DNA from: Escherichia phage Mansfield | Strand: one strand, 5' to 3' | Sequence record: MK903282.1 | DNA: 64,000 bases | Part shown: positions 54,165 to 63,980 of the stretch, in pieces | Numbering within the stretch: the stretch's first letter is position 1 | Layout: each line of letters starts with the position of its first letter | The notes under the pieces: model-generated | Told to the model about the DNA's origin: nothing | What the model saw: only the letters and a program-made list of their open reading frames with translations | Databases searched by the model: none | Translations under genes and position numbers: made by a program

Positions 54165-55835
54165 ATGTCAATTGAACATGACAATCTTCCAGAGGATACA
54201 GGTGATGAATTTGGTGCAATCTTTGACGAAATTCAAGACGCTGGTGTTTCAGAAGAAATGCAAGCGGCAGAGCAGCAAGGCACCAGAGCTAAAATCAGCC
54301 TACAGCACAAGGCTGTTGAGAAAGATGCAGAGCGCATGGAATGCTACGGTGAAGAAGACTTGGTTGAAAGGGCACGTTTGCTCGCCTCACTTCAGGTAAT
54401 CAAGTTCCCTCACTACAAACCGACGAAAGATGATTTTGTTCTTCAGGCGGACCGGACGAGTGACATGAACCGTTATGCGGTTTTCGACGCGTTGTTTGAT
54501 AAGGGAAGTGGCGTTGTTCCATTCCCTCACAAAGATACTTTTCGTGGACGCTTAGTCGACCATCGCGGCGAAACTTTCACCGACCGGACGTTGGAAGTTA
54601 CAGAGATAGTTGCCGCTGTCGATGCAGCAGGACTGTCCAACCCAAACTCACGTCAGGTCGCTCAATCCTATAAGGAATGGGCCATGCGTTATCAGCGCGA
54701 CGACCTGATGGACTTCTTCTACAAGAAGCTGCCTGAATGGGACGGTACTGCGCGCATTGAGAAATACCTTATCGAGCTATTCCGACCGTTCGATACAGAG
54801 TTAAACCGACAAATCGGTGTGTATTTTTGGCTATCGCTCTATAACCGCCTGACCAACCCTGGCTGTCAAGCGCCAATCTCCATCGCGCTCATCGGCGGCC
54901 AGAACGCAGGGAAGAGTTATTTTAGCAAGCTGCTTTGCGAAGCTATTATGAACGACCGCCACGCAACACCGATTCCGTTGAACTTGGCCGCGCAGAACTT
55001 CAACCCGTTCTTGCGAGCTATTACGGGTCGCTCAATTATCGCGAACGTTGGCGAGATGACAGGCTTTAAAAAGGCTGACATCGAAAACATGAAAGCATTC
55101 CTGACTAAGACGGAAGATGACCTGGACTTCAAATTTGAGGACACGCAGGTTAAACCACGCCAGTGGATTGCTATCATGGACGGCAACGAATACGCAGGCA
55201 TGCAGCGTGACGACACGGGCAACCGTCGTGTATACCCTATATTTGTTGGCCAACTCGCTGACAAGGACGGGCAACCGAACTGGTCTAAAGACTTCCAAGC
55301 TGACCTTTCCACTTTGAAAGAAGACGTTTGGCAGCTGATGGCTGAGTGCGCTGCTTGGATGGAGAAGCACGGCGAAGCAGGTTACAATGCCTTTGTTGGT
55401 GAAACGTCTCGCATGCTTACTGAGTTCAGTAAGAACGAAATGGAACGCGCTCGCGGCGTTATCCGTGATGAGATGGTCGACAACGACCTTGTTGAAGTCG
55501 TCATCACCGCGCCTTATGACCGACATCACAGCGGACGCTGGCACATCACCAGTGGTGCAATCGCTATGGGATTCAGAGCTAAGTGCGGCAAGTCGCCTTT
55601 CTCACGTACCCTTGCGCCGCACATGTCGAAGCTTGGATTTGAGCCTGCGACCTATCGCAACCAGCGCGGTTACTTTACGCCGCTGATTAAGAATGAAGCA
55701 GGGGAATACATTTCTGACCTGATGACTATTTTGGCGTATCTTATCCGCGACGAATCTGACCCTGAAGATATTGAATTCTTGAAGAAGGTTATTGAGCGCA
55801 AACGTTCTTTAGGAAGAGATAAGGATGAATTCTGA
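54165..55835 (+). CDS. VirE-like P-loop NTPase (primase-associated SF3 helicase-like protein)
   Basis: 556 aa; Walker A IALIGGQNAGKSYF, Walker B-like QWIAIMDGNE; architecture typical of phage/plasmid VirE/primase C-terminal domain proteins. Confidence 0.6.
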   Translation: MSIEHDNLPEDTGDEFGAIFDEIQDAGVSEEMQAAEQQGTRAKISLQHKAVEKDAERMECYGEEDLVERARLLASLQVIKFPHYKPTKDDFVLQADRTSDMNRYAVFDALFDKGSGVVPFPHKDTFRGRLVDHRGETFTDRTLEVTEIVAAVDAAGLSNPNSRQVAQSYKEWAMRYQRDDLMDFFYKKLPEWDGTARIEKYLIELFRPFDTELNRQIGVYFWLSLYNRLTNPGCQAPISIALIGGQNAGKSYFSKLLCEAIMNDRHATPIPLNLAAQNFNPFLRAITGRSIIANVGEMTGFKKADIENMKAFLTKTEDDLDFKFEDTQVKPRQWIAIMDGNEYAGMQRDDTGNRRVYPIFVGQLADKDGQPNWSKDFQADLSTLKEDVWQLMAECAAWMEKHGEAGYNAFVGETSRMLTEFSKNEMERARGVIRDEMVDNDLVEVVITAPYDRHHSGRWHITSGAIAMGFRAKCGKSPFSRTLAPHMSKLGFEPATYRNQRGYFTPLIKNEAGEYISDLMTILAYLIRDESDPEDIEFLKKVIERKRSLGRDKDEF

Positions 55836-56482
55836 TGAATAAAGCAATCAACATCGCTAAATTCTTTCAACATCTCGGTGAACTGAACAAAGAGAGTGAC
55901 GTTCACGGAGAAGAAATGAACCGGATGATTTCAACCGTGTTGCGTGGTTTTGGTTACGATAAAGACTCCATCACCTGTAAACGCACGAAGCTTGTCGATG
56001 AGACATACCTTTACTACGTTGAATTGCGCGTAGGGAAAGATTTGATGATCATCGACCCTAAATTGGAAGGGGCGCACTGTTTTGGCGCTCACCCTCGTGC
56101 AAGTGAATTCAAGGGGCGCGGTCGTAACCGACTCCAGAAGCTTGATGATGCAGGCGACTTGAACATCTCGATGTTCCTCAAAGAGTTCCTTGCTTTGCCG
56201 AAGGTTGCGTCTTCAACGGGTCGTGATGACCTTTGCAAGATTGGATTCAGAACTAAAGATTTGCGCAATGCGCTACGCAAGAAGGGATTTGTGCCTTCTT
56301 ATGATAACGTCGCCGCGCTGATGGCTTCCATGGAGGAAGCTGAAGCAATGGACAAGGTGCGCGGCTATTTCCTGAATACAGGCTGCACAATGTATGAGTG
56401 GCACACCAAAGGATTGACGGTCGCCGACTTCATCTATTCATTAGAGCAGAAGTATGTACGCAATATGCAGGCCACAGGATAA
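55835..56482 (+). CDS. hypothetical protein
   Basis: 215-aa ORF, ATGA overlap with upstream gene. Confidence 0.45.
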   Translation: MNKAINIAKFFQHLGELNKESDVHGEEMNRMISTVLRGFGYDKDSITCKRTKLVDETYLYYVELRVGKDLMIIDPKLEGAHCFGAHPRASEFKGRGRNRLQKLDDAGDLNISMFLKEFLALPKVASSTGRDDLCKIGFRTKDLRNALRKKGFVPSYDNVAALMASMEEAEAMDKVRGYFLNTGCTMYEWHTKGLTVADFIYSLEQKYVRNMQATG

Positions 56483-56521
56483 TTATCATCAAAATATTTG
56501 CTTTTCTGAAGAGGTGATATT

Positions 56522-56746
56522 ATGATTAATTTAGACAGGATTGAGTTAGCACTTAGTACCTTAATCAAATATTACCAGTTTGCTTTTAAGGCCAGTTTGT
56601 TCGGCTTGTTCAATCCTCATCAAGCAGCAAAGGCGCGAAGCAATGCAAACCGCCTGCGTTGTACTGGTATAGTCATCCACGACCGGATATTGACAGAGGG
56701 TAGATCCAGCCATGAATACACAAGGGAGAATAACAAATCAGCGTAG
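56522..56746 (+). CDS. hypothetical protein
   Basis: 74-aa ORF with strong GAGGTG RBS; coding status of the 56700-56920 region is ambiguous. Confidence 0.35.
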   Translation: MINLDRIELALSTLIKYYQFAFKASLFGLFNPHQAAKARSNANRLRCTGIVIHDRILTEGRSSHEYTRENNKSA

Positions 56747-56917
56747 GGCTTTACAAGTCCTCGTCCACTACCTGACACGCCTTTATCCAACGGCGCACGA
56801 GCAGAATCCATCAACGGGTCACCTGTTTAAGCGCCGTAACCTTTCGTTGAAAACATTCGCTTTAATCCAATACGACCGCTACCTGGACGGGCGCTACAGC
56901 GGCCCGAAGGACTCACT

Positions 56918-57196
56918 ATGATTACTACATACAAAATATTCTTTGTCAAGTGCACATCATCGATTGATGACCAGTTTACTGCTGGAAAGAATTATCCCGT
57001 GATTTCTGAGTCAAAACTAGATATAATCTTGAATGATCATGAAATCTATGAGCCAATGCCAGCGACTGCGTTTGATGTTATCGGTCACGTTCGGATTAAG
57101 ACGAATGTTGAAACGATGCATGACCCGTTGTTCAAGAAGCAAATTAAGAATGCCATGCAAGACTTTTGCGCGGCAATGTTTAAATACTATAAGTGA
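56918..57196 (+). CDS. hypothetical protein
   Basis: 92-aa ORF. Confidence 0.4.
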   Translation: MITTYKIFFVKCTSSIDDQFTAGKNYPVISESKLDIILNDHEIYEPMPATAFDVIGHVRIKTNVETMHDPLFKKQIKNAMQDFCAAMFKYYK

Positions 57197-57203
57197 GTTG
57201 AAG

Positions 57204-57425
57204 ATGAGCAAGAAAACTCTTAAGGCTGGCGACCGTATCCGTTGGGTGTCAGGACAGAATATGCGCGCAGGCACCATCCTTGAGTTGGATGAATACCTTA
57301 CCGATTCGCGCGGTCGCAATCATTACCGCGTTCGAATCGATACGGTAAAAGAAGATGACAAGTCACTGGTTGGTGAAGTGGTCATCGTTACTCCACGTCA
57401 AATTAAGGCGGCTTGTGAAGCGTGA
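57204..57425 (+). CDS. hypothetical protein
   Basis: Internal ATG of track ORF 57033..57425, avoids overlap with upstream gene. Confidence 0.35.
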   Translation: MSKKTLKAGDRIRWVSGQNMRAGTILELDEYLTDSRGRNHYRVRIDTVKEDDKSLVGEVVIVTPRQIKAACEA

Positions 57426-57579
57426 ATAAATTTCAATTTAGCGATAATAAAATCAGTAAGGCAGATGCAATCAAGCAGCTTCGCCGCGTACTTGAAGCCA
57501 GCGGCCATACGAAAGAGCGTTCACGCGTCCTAGCCAAAGAACATTATAAACGTTTTGTGTCACAAATCAGAGGTTAATT

Positions 57580-58074
57580 ATGATCATCCATCGCCCTTTA
57601 ATGTTAAAGAAAGAAGAGTGTGAAGAAATCTTACACGCATTGAGACGTGCAGAAGCAGATGTTAACCTTCGTGTAAGGGTAAGAGACTTCATCATGAAGG
57701 AGTTTGAAAGTGATGATGTTGACTATGCCATTGATGAATTGCTGAAGCGCAACGTCAAGGGTGCAACAATACCTATTTACCATCAATCTCGTTGCGTACA
57801 AGTTCCTATCAAGACTTATGTTGATAAAAAGCCGCGCCTTAAGCCTGTTCCGGCTGATAAAATAGAAGTCGGTGATGTTATCGTCTGCGTCTATTACGGC
57901 AGTCAGATTTTCAATGCTGTTGTAGTAAGACGATACAGCATAAACGGATGCCAATACATGGAAGTGACAAACGCAAAGAAAGAACCTGGCAGCTTGAACG
58001 TGGCTTATGCATTAAGGGAATTCAGCAGCCCTTCTTGCACTCTTTATAAGGTACTCGACCATGGCTCATGTTAA
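57580..58074 (+). CDS. hypothetical protein
   Basis: 164-aa ORF. Confidence 0.45.
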   Translation: MIIHRPLMLKKEECEEILHALRRAEADVNLRVRVRDFIMKEFESDDVDYAIDELLKRNVKGATIPIYHQSRCVQVPIKTYVDKKPRLKPVPADKIEVGDVIVCVYYGSQIFNAVVVRRYSINGCQYMEVTNAKKEPGSLNVAYALREFSSPSCTLYKVLDHGSC

Positions 58075-58408
58075 AGACGAAGTGTTGTTTGGCGCAGAGA
58101 TTAAGAAGCGTGTCAGAGAAATGGCAGGAGAAGAAAGAATGAAACCGCTGCGAAAAGGCTTTGATCACATCAATGGCGTATCCGGCACGAAGGAGATGGG
58201 CGTGTTGGTAAAAGACATTCGCGTTGGCGATGTCATGGTCATCGACCGACAAGCGCGAGTCGTTATCCAGGTGCAACCGAACGATGATGAAGGATGTGTC
58301 CTATTGAAGCTGAAGAAACTTTCATCCAGCCCAGCAAAGGCCGTCATCAAGAAGGTATGGCCCGAAGGATTACGCAAACTCATCCGTAGACCCGTGGAGA
58401 ATTTGTAA
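58061..58408 (+). CDS. hypothetical protein
   Basis: 115-aa ORF. Confidence 0.45.
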   Translation: MAHVKDEVLFGAEIKKRVREMAGEERMKPLRKGFDHINGVSGTKEMGVLVKDIRVGDVMVIDRQARVVIQVQPNDDEGCVLLKLKKLSSSPAKAVIKKVWPEGLRKLIRRPVENL

Positions 58409-58644
58409 TGGAAGATTATATCAACGCTATGTATATGGCATTCTATGTCGTGCAACTTCCGAATGGCGCGGTATTCTATGGCGAGTATACCTTTGACGTT
58501 CAATATGACGTTTCAGAGCGTACAGTGTTAACAAGGGAGTTGATTGCGGACCTTAAGGACGACATCAAACGCGTCGCGCGACAGCAGTTCAATTTGGATG
58601 ACACAGTCATCGTTCGAATTACCGGAATAACAGAGGTGCAGTAA
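58408..58644 (+). CDS. hypothetical protein
   Basis: 78-aa ORF. Confidence 0.45.
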   Translation: MEDYINAMYMAFYVVQLPNGAVFYGEYTFDVQYDVSERTVLTRELIADLKDDIKRVARQQFNLDDTVIVRITGITEVQ

Positions 58645-58973
58645 TGACCCGTGATCAGATACTCGCCGCGCATGAGCGTGAGAAGGTTAAAGAGATTTGT
58701 AAAAGGCACAGATCATTTGCCGATTCTTACGCCTTCTTAAAGTCCTGTATCAAGCAAAATGCAAGGATGGACAATACTGTATTGACATTCAACCTTTTGT
58801 CTAACGGAGCAAAGCTTGATGCAATATGCGGCTGCAGAATTGCCAGCATGACGTTTGAGCGATGTGCTCACAAAGACTCTTTCTTCTATCAATTCTCCCA
58901 CCGGACGGGTGATACAAAGATAACAAGGACAAGGCACGAGATAGAGATTGACTTACTCCACTATGTAAAATGA
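58644..58973 (+). CDS. hypothetical protein
   Basis: 109-aa ORF. Confidence 0.45.
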   Translation: MTRDQILAAHEREKVKEICKRHRSFADSYAFLKSCIKQNARMDNTVLTFNLLSNGAKLDAICGCRIASMTFERCAHKDSFFYQFSHRTGDTKITRTRHEIEIDLLHYVK

Positions 58974-58997
58974 ATATCAAAAAGGTGAGCTAAATGC

Positions 58998-59026
58998 TTG
59001 CCTTTTATTTTATCAATACTTATACT
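58998..59026 (+). promoter_or_regulatory. conserved early promoter-like element, copy 1
   Basis: TTGCCT-N17-TATACT inside a block (AAAAAGGTGAGCTAAATGCTTGCCTTTT) that is repeated at 60241. Confidence 0.4.
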
Positions 59027-59058
59027 CTTTTCATCAAGACTAACAAGCGAGGTGAATT

Positions 59059-59376
59059 ATGATTTACTTAGGCATTGACCAGGAACAAGACGAGCGGTTA
59101 GGAAGCGTGTTAAACGTAGACTTAAACACAGCTGTACACATCAGGCCTTGGCCAGAGGCGCATCCCGACGTAGTTGTACCCGTTGCGCCTTGGACGCGTT
59201 ACGTTGCCATTGACAATGATGGCCTTGTCCATTGCTACTCAGAAAAGCCGACATACTTCGAAAAGTATCACCAATGGCTTATGACTGGTTGGGCAAAGGT
59301 GCGATGCTGCGGCGAAGTCGGTCTGGAAGGCTGGAGCTTCGAGGCTAGTGAATCGTGTGTCGAGGTGCAATTATGA
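59059..59376 (+). CDS. hypothetical protein
   Basis: 105-aa ORF with GAGGTG RBS. Confidence 0.45.
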   Translation: MIYLGIDQEQDERLGSVLNVDLNTAVHIRPWPEAHPDVVVPVAPWTRYVAIDNDGLVHCYSEKPTYFEKYHQWLMTGWAKVRCCGEVGLEGWSFEASESCVEVQL

Positions 59377-59591
59377 ATGCCACGCTGGGTAAGCTGTCTT
59401 TCAACAAGCGCAATGAGCTGCGCATGGTGTCTCGTTTTCAGTTTTTATTGAATGCTATGTCAAGCGTTGCCATAACAATGCTTCGCGCTGATTGCCCTGC
59501 TGAAAAGCGTGAGACTTTATTCAAACGTCACCAACAATTAAGAAATGCTGCTTATAAACTGCAGCAATATGCTATGGAGTATGCAAAATGA
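59373..59591 (+). CDS. hypothetical protein
   Basis: ATG 59373 with GAGGTG RBS (track start 59355 is GTG). Confidence 0.4.
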   Translation: MNATLGKLSFNKRNELRMVSRFQFLLNAMSSVAITMLRADCPAEKRETLFKRHQQLRNAAYKLQQYAMEYAK

Positions 59592-59980
59592 GAATGAAAC
59601 GTTGTCCTTATTGCCACGATGTGATGCATCTTCCACACGAAGATTTTGTGCAGCACATGACTAATTGTGATAAGAATCCTAAGAGCGAAAGCCAGCTTGA
59701 AGAAAGGATGTTTCTGGTGTCATTCAAGTATTCAGCTTATGACGTGCAACTGGCTTATGGCGCGAGCGGCGCACCAAGTGCTATCAACTGCCCAACAACA
59801 TTGAGAAGTGACATCGACTCGATGCAGCTTGCGGCTTGGATTAACGTTAAGGAAGGCATCACGCCGCACTTTATCGCGCGCATCCAATCCCAGATTCTAC
59901 AAATCAAGCGCGAATACAACCGTGACATCACTGAAGTGAAGGTGCTGTCCATAACGCCGATGAACAAGGAGTTACCGTGA
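59588..59980 (+). CDS. hypothetical zinc-finger protein
   Basis: N-terminal CPYCHDVMHLPHEDFVQHMTNC Cys/His cluster. Confidence 0.45.
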   Translation: MRMKRCPYCHDVMHLPHEDFVQHMTNCDKNPKSESQLEERMFLVSFKYSAYDVQLAYGASGAPSAINCPTTLRSDIDSMQLAAWINVKEGITPHFIARIQSQILQIKREYNRDITEVKVLSITPMNKELP

Positions 59981-60237
59981 ACAAGGGTCCGATGACTAAG
60001 CTGGCCGTTGCCGCACGGAAGCTTCGACAAGCCGTTAATGGGTCGCGGCCCGTGGTGTTAACACTAGACGATGCAAAGGCACTGGTAGAACTACTCGACG
60101 AGCACAACCGACGCAAGAATCTGGAGAACACATTACGCTGGCGCGTCACTCCAGCCGGACGGGAAAGCGAGAAGAAAGCTTACTTGCGACGTAAGCTAAG
60201 GTCAGTCGGCCTACACGAAGAGGCGAAGAAGATTTGA
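59977..60237 (+). CDS. hypothetical protein
   Basis: GTG start with AAGGAG RBS 7 nt upstream. Confidence 0.45.
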   Translation: MNKGPMTKLAVAARKLRQAVNGSRPVVLTLDDAKALVELLDEHNRRKNLENTLRWRVTPAGRESEKKAYLRRKLRSVGLHEEAKKI

Positions 60238-60259
60238 TTCAAAAAGGTGAGCTAAATGC

Positions 60260-60287
60260 TTGCCTTTTTATTTGCCTGTATTATACT
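60260..60287 (+). promoter_or_regulatory. conserved early promoter-like element, copy 2
   Basis: TTGCCT-N16-TATACT within repeated block AAAAAGGTGAGCTAAATGCTTGCCTTTTT. Confidence 0.4.
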
Positions 60288-60315
60288 TAGTTCATCAAGC
60301 AAAGGAGATTTGATT

Positions 60316-60621
60316 ATGAGTTATGACGAAAGGTTTGGCAGAAGCGGATTGTTTCACGATTGCGTTTGGATGGACAGCCAGGATGTCGTCTGCGTAGCAT
60401 TGAATGAATCTTACAACGGCGTGTTCAAGCCGTTCAAAATCGGGGAGACATACGAATTGTTTCACGGCTGGTTGACGCGTCGCAACAACTTGCCTGACGT
60501 GGAGGTGTGGTGGATAGAATACAAGGGTCAGGCTCATCGGTGCAAGGTTGTAGAGATGCACGGCGTCAAATACTATCAATCGATCATCAGCGGCTTTGTT
60601 TTTAAAGAGGGTGAGCTATGA
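60316..60621 (+). CDS. hypothetical protein
   Basis: ATG 60316 with AAGGAG RBS; track ORF 60256 begins inside the repeated element. Confidence 0.45.
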   Translation: MSYDERFGRSGLFHDCVWMDSQDVVCVALNESYNGVFKPFKIGETYELFHGWLTRRNNLPDVEVWWIEYKGQAHRCKVVEMHGVKYYQSIISGFVFKEGEL

Positions 60622-60920
60622 GTACAGAAGCGATGAAGAAAAAGATTTTGAACGCTTTGCAAGAAGCCGTGAACTGTGGTGCCATTAAAGAGTTTAACGA
60701 GGCGCAAGTCAGCGGAGAAAATGCAATAGGATTTAGTAATAATCAAGGCGGCATCGCGGCAATCCTTTTGTTAAATAACACCGATGATAAGTTTATACTT
60801 TACGTCGGAGGGTATGAGCTTATTGTTGATGATTTATTCATCACTTGTGCCGATGGACTTAATCCTATGTTAACATTTGAACGTTGCGGCATCCGTGTTG
60901 CAACATTTGGAGGTAAGTGA
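60618..60920 (+). CDS. hypothetical protein
   Basis: 100-aa ORF. Confidence 0.45.
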   Translation: MSTEAMKKKILNALQEAVNCGAIKEFNEAQVSGENAIGFSNNQGGIAAILLLNNTDDKFILYVGGYELIVDDLFITCADGLNPMLTFERCGIRVATFGGK

Positions 60921-60925
60921 ATATT

Positions 60926-61162
60926 ATGACATCCAACCTTAAAGCCCGTTTATTATTCATCAAGCCGCATGTGCCGTATAAGATTAGCAAGCGCACCTGG
61001 CTCAACATTTACAACCGCAGCGGCGACCGTTGCTTGTACAAGGCAAAGCGACGCAAGAAGGTATATTTAAAAGCGGTGATGTCACAGCCCGTCGATGCCT
61101 TTAACATCGGCGAAAATGAATTGTCAATCGGCTATCAAATTGAACTCGGAGCAAAGAAATGA
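60926..61162 (+). CDS. hypothetical protein (basic)
   Basis: ATG 60926 (track start 60917 is GTG). Confidence 0.4.
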   Translation: MTSNLKARLLFIKPHVPYKISKRTWLNIYNRSGDRCLYKAKRRKKVYLKAVMSQPVDAFNIGENELSIGYQIELGAKK

Positions 61163-61485
61163 AAATCGAACAACTAGAAGCAGTACTGGAAATGGCTGTA
61201 AAGGCTGGAGCAATTAAAAGCTGTCGCCGCGAGAAGTCCGATGATGCTGCGCACTTTTGTCGAAACTTCTATATCGTCGGCAACCTTAACGACCGCTACA
61301 CCATCGAGTGGTATACTAACATGATGACCCTTAAGTCGCGCACCATGGAGCTTTGGTGCGATGACGTTTGTCTTTCTCATAGCCACCCGTGCTACGACGT
61401 TGCGCTTGGATTCTTTTACAAAAGCAACCAGCCAATCGCCCACATCGGAGAGAAGTACGACCACTTGAAGGAGAAGGTTGAATAA
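61159..61485 (+). CDS. hypothetical protein
   Basis: 108-aa ORF. Confidence 0.45.
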   Translation: MKIEQLEAVLEMAVKAGAIKSCRREKSDDAAHFCRNFYIVGNLNDRYTIEWYTNMMTLKSRTMELWCDDVCLSHSHPCYDVALGFFYKSNQPIAHIGEKYDHLKEKVE

Positions 61486-61826
61486 TGGAAGAGCAAGAAG
61501 GTCGTGAGCTAACGTTCGACGAACAAATGAAAGAGCTTCAGCGCACATCGCCGCTGCGCGGTAAGATTGTTGACATCGAGGCGAGCGAATCCAATCTCAC
61601 CCAGTGGCGGCTCAAGTGCACCAGCACAAGCAAGGATATGTTAAGCTTCAAAGTCGGTCATACTTATTTGCTTTATGAGGCAAAAGGACTTATTATTGAT
61701 GGAAGGCAAATTGTCTTCACCGTCGTCAACGGCATGCGTTGGTTCGTGAAGCGTGATGTCGAGGGCCGTGACATGTTTGTCGCAGGCTTTCCAGAAACAA
61801 GATTCCAATTGGAGAAGGTTAAATGA
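61485..61826 (+). CDS. hypothetical protein
   Basis: 113-aa ORF with AAGGAGAAGG RBS. Confidence 0.45.
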   Translation: MEEQEGRELTFDEQMKELQRTSPLRGKIVDIEASESNLTQWRLKCTSTSKDMLSFKVGHTYLLYEAKGLIIDGRQIVFTVVNGMRWFVKRDVEGRDMFVAGFPETRFQLEKVK

Positions 61827-62155
61827 AATTGAAATGGTACGTGGACCCTGAGCCAACAGGCCAATACAGGTCATTCCAACGTCGCGGCTGGCCGACTTGT
61901 TACAGCGGCAATCCCGATAAAGAAGATTGCGAGCTGCTTGCCGCCATCGTAAGCCTCGACCATCACGGCTATGAAGGCCACTACGCGAGAGCAACCAACC
62001 TTCGGCTCAAGGTGCGCATCCATTTCAAGGTCGCAGGCGAGGACCGCACCGGACTCTCCAAGGAAGAGTTCAGCAGCATCGCCGACGCAAAGGCGTGGCT
62101 CAAGGCTTTCTATAAGAACAACCCTAAATTCTATCCAACTAAGGATGCATCATGA
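61823..62155 (+). CDS. hypothetical protein
   Basis: 110-aa ORF. Confidence 0.45.
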   Translation: MKLKWYVDPEPTGQYRSFQRRGWPTCYSGNPDKEDCELLAAIVSLDHHGYEGHYARATNLRLKVRIHFKVAGEDRTGLSKEEFSSIADAKAWLKAFYKNNPKFYPTKDAS

Positions 62156-62646
62156 CTAATAAAACTCAGCGCATCAAGTTCGAAGGCAAAGAATACAAAA
62201 TAGACGTTCGTGCAAGATTCATTGCGCGCGATTCCAATGGCAGCATTTGGTTGTATGAGTCAAAACCTGTATGGGAAGAGCGGCGCGGCCAGTGGTTGTA
62301 CGAGACTTGTGGTTCGGTTTGGTGCGAGCGCATCGACCAAGTGAAGACGTTGAAAAAGAACCGACCAGCATCACGAGATTCTCTGCAAGAAGTCGAATCA
62401 ATCAAAATCCAAGACCCAGCAACGTCGACCGATAAACAATACGCAGTCGGGCAACGTGACATCGAGCAACTCGACGAGGGTGGCTATTATACGCGCCACA
62501 TCTATGCCATGACTCATGAAGGACTTTACAGCAAGTCAGACATCGCCGCTGAACTGGCTCACCGTGACTTGCAAATTGACATGTTGCGTCTTGCGCTTGA
62601 GAAACAGACGCAAATCGCTATTGAAATTTTGGAGAAGTTAGAATGA
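62152..62646 (+). CDS. hypothetical protein
   Basis: 164-aa ORF. Confidence 0.45.
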   Translation: MTNKTQRIKFEGKEYKIDVRARFIARDSNGSIWLYESKPVWEERRGQWLYETCGSVWCERIDQVKTLKKNRPASRDSLQEVESIKIQDPATSTDKQYAVGQRDIEQLDEGGYYTRHIYAMTHEGLYSKSDIAAELAHRDLQIDMLRLALEKQTQIAIEILEKLE

Positions 62647-63071
62647 TACAACGTTACGATGTTGATTATTGCACGCAGCACGCTTGCACTTGCGAAGTTG
62701 TAAAGGATAATGAAGGCGAGTATGTTGAATATGAGGACTATGCCGCGCTGGAAGCGAAATATAGTGAAGCGCAACGAGAGTTGGTTGCATTACGCTCACA
62801 GGTCCGTGATGCGTCGGCGCTCGTTAAGCAGTTACATGATGTTGTTGCTACTATAGGCGTGGGCGCTGATGCTTGCGAAAAGCAGGATGAAGCGTGGACT
62901 GTGTGGGAGTCTAACGCAACCAATCCCGTCCCAGCACAAATGGTCATGTATAAGTTGCGCGACGGCTATGAATCAAAAGCGCCTGTCATCTCGAACGAGT
63001 TGCGATGGGAGATGATGGGAATGCCACACGGAACAGACATCGTTGCTTATCGGGTCGTTAAGGAGGGGTGA
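62643..63071 (+). CDS. hypothetical protein
   Basis: 142-aa ORF. Confidence 0.45.
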   Translation: MIQRYDVDYCTQHACTCEVVKDNEGEYVEYEDYAALEAKYSEAQRELVALRSQVRDASALVKQLHDVVATIGVGADACEKQDEAWTVWESNATNPVPAQMVMYKLRDGYESKAPVISNELRWEMMGMPHGTDIVAYRVVKEG

Positions 63072-63520
63072 TGGGTAAACGGCTTATCGCCGCTGGTTGG
63101 GCCATACCGAAGTGGGGCCATCGTGCGCATTACTTTGACGAAGGAGAAGTGCAAAGCCTTTGCGGTCGCGCAACATATTTCGGTGATGAGCGCGTCAGCG
63201 GCGATTATATCGACTCGCTTTTAGGTAAAGGTGATTGCAAGAAGTGCCAGAATATATTAAGGGATATTCTCACGCAAAAAGGATTGCTTGAGCTTGATGA
63301 ATCGGAAGAAGTAATTGAACTTAAGCTTGAAGCAAATTACCTTATTTATACGTTCAAGAACTATTACGCAACTAATATGCGCTCAAAAATGAGCGAGGAA
63401 GTAATAGAAAAGGTGTTCACCTACAATCCGCTAAGGATGAATAAAACTAAATTGAAGAAGTTTAATATAATGTTAAGGAAAGAATTTAAAAGGCTAGGAG
63501 TGAAGAATTTTATATTTTAA
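63071..63520 (+). CDS. hypothetical protein
   Basis: ATG 63071 with AGGAGG RBS (track start 63068 is GTG). Confidence 0.45.
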   Translation: MGKRLIAAGWAIPKWGHRAHYFDEGEVQSLCGRATYFGDERVSGDYIDSLLGKGDCKKCQNILRDILTQKGLLELDESEEVIELKLEANYLIYTFKNYYATNMRSKMSEEVIEKVFTYNPLRMNKTKLKKFNIMLRKEFKRLGVKNFIF

Positions 63521-63538
63521 CTTTGACTAATGTTAAGA

Positions 63539-63561
63539 GGGCCGATTGGCCCTTTTGTTTG
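63539..63561 (+). terminator. intrinsic terminator ending the early operon
   Basis: GGGCC-gatt-GGCCC followed by TTTTGTTTG. Confidence 0.55.
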
Positions 63562-63800
63562 TCCGTGTGGTGTGAGTCTTTATTATTGGATAAAGCGATT
63601 GATTTGTGTAAATCTATTAGAGGATTGTGGGAAGTGAGTATTGTGACGTGAATTTTGCGTCTTGAATATGTGTGCGAATCTGGAAGATTATCGTACTGTG
63701 GTGCTGTTGGATTGGAGAGGGAATCACTAGGAATTGGAGCGTGTACCGTGGTGTGTGGTCCTGTGTGGTGCGCCGTCTATGGGATTGCCGCTTGAAATTA
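63562..63800. other. noncoding block with strong G+T strand skew
   Basis: About 240 nt with almost no C-rich stretch on the plus strand; repeated GTGTGG / GGATTG / GGAATTGG words; no ORF. Confidence 0.5.
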
Positions 63801-63839
63801 AAAAGGAGATATAGTTAGCTGGCTAACCTTACGCATAGA

Positions 63840-63980
63840 ATTTAAACGTATAATGACGTAAGATTTGGACCTATCCGTAGTTCACTCCACACACTTCTAT
63901 GGTGCGCCGCGACTGGGTTCAGTGGTACATCTTACGGATGATACGGATGATACGCGTCGCCGCTATACTTTATACAACTT
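63840..63980. repeat. second copy of the repeat module found at 11945-12050
   Basis: ACGTATAATGACGTA (63844-63858) and CTTACGGATGATACGGATGATACGCGTCGCCGCTATACTTTATA (63930-63973) match the same two blocks at 11946-11960 and 12000-12043 with few mismatches. Confidence 0.55.

Noticed and set aside
56700-56921. Overlapping plus-strand ORF 56712..56921 and minus-strand ORF 56620..56814
   Set aside because: Three mutually overlapping frames in this segment cannot all be real; without codon-usage statistics I could not decide, so only the ORF with the strongest RBS (56522..56746) was annotated.
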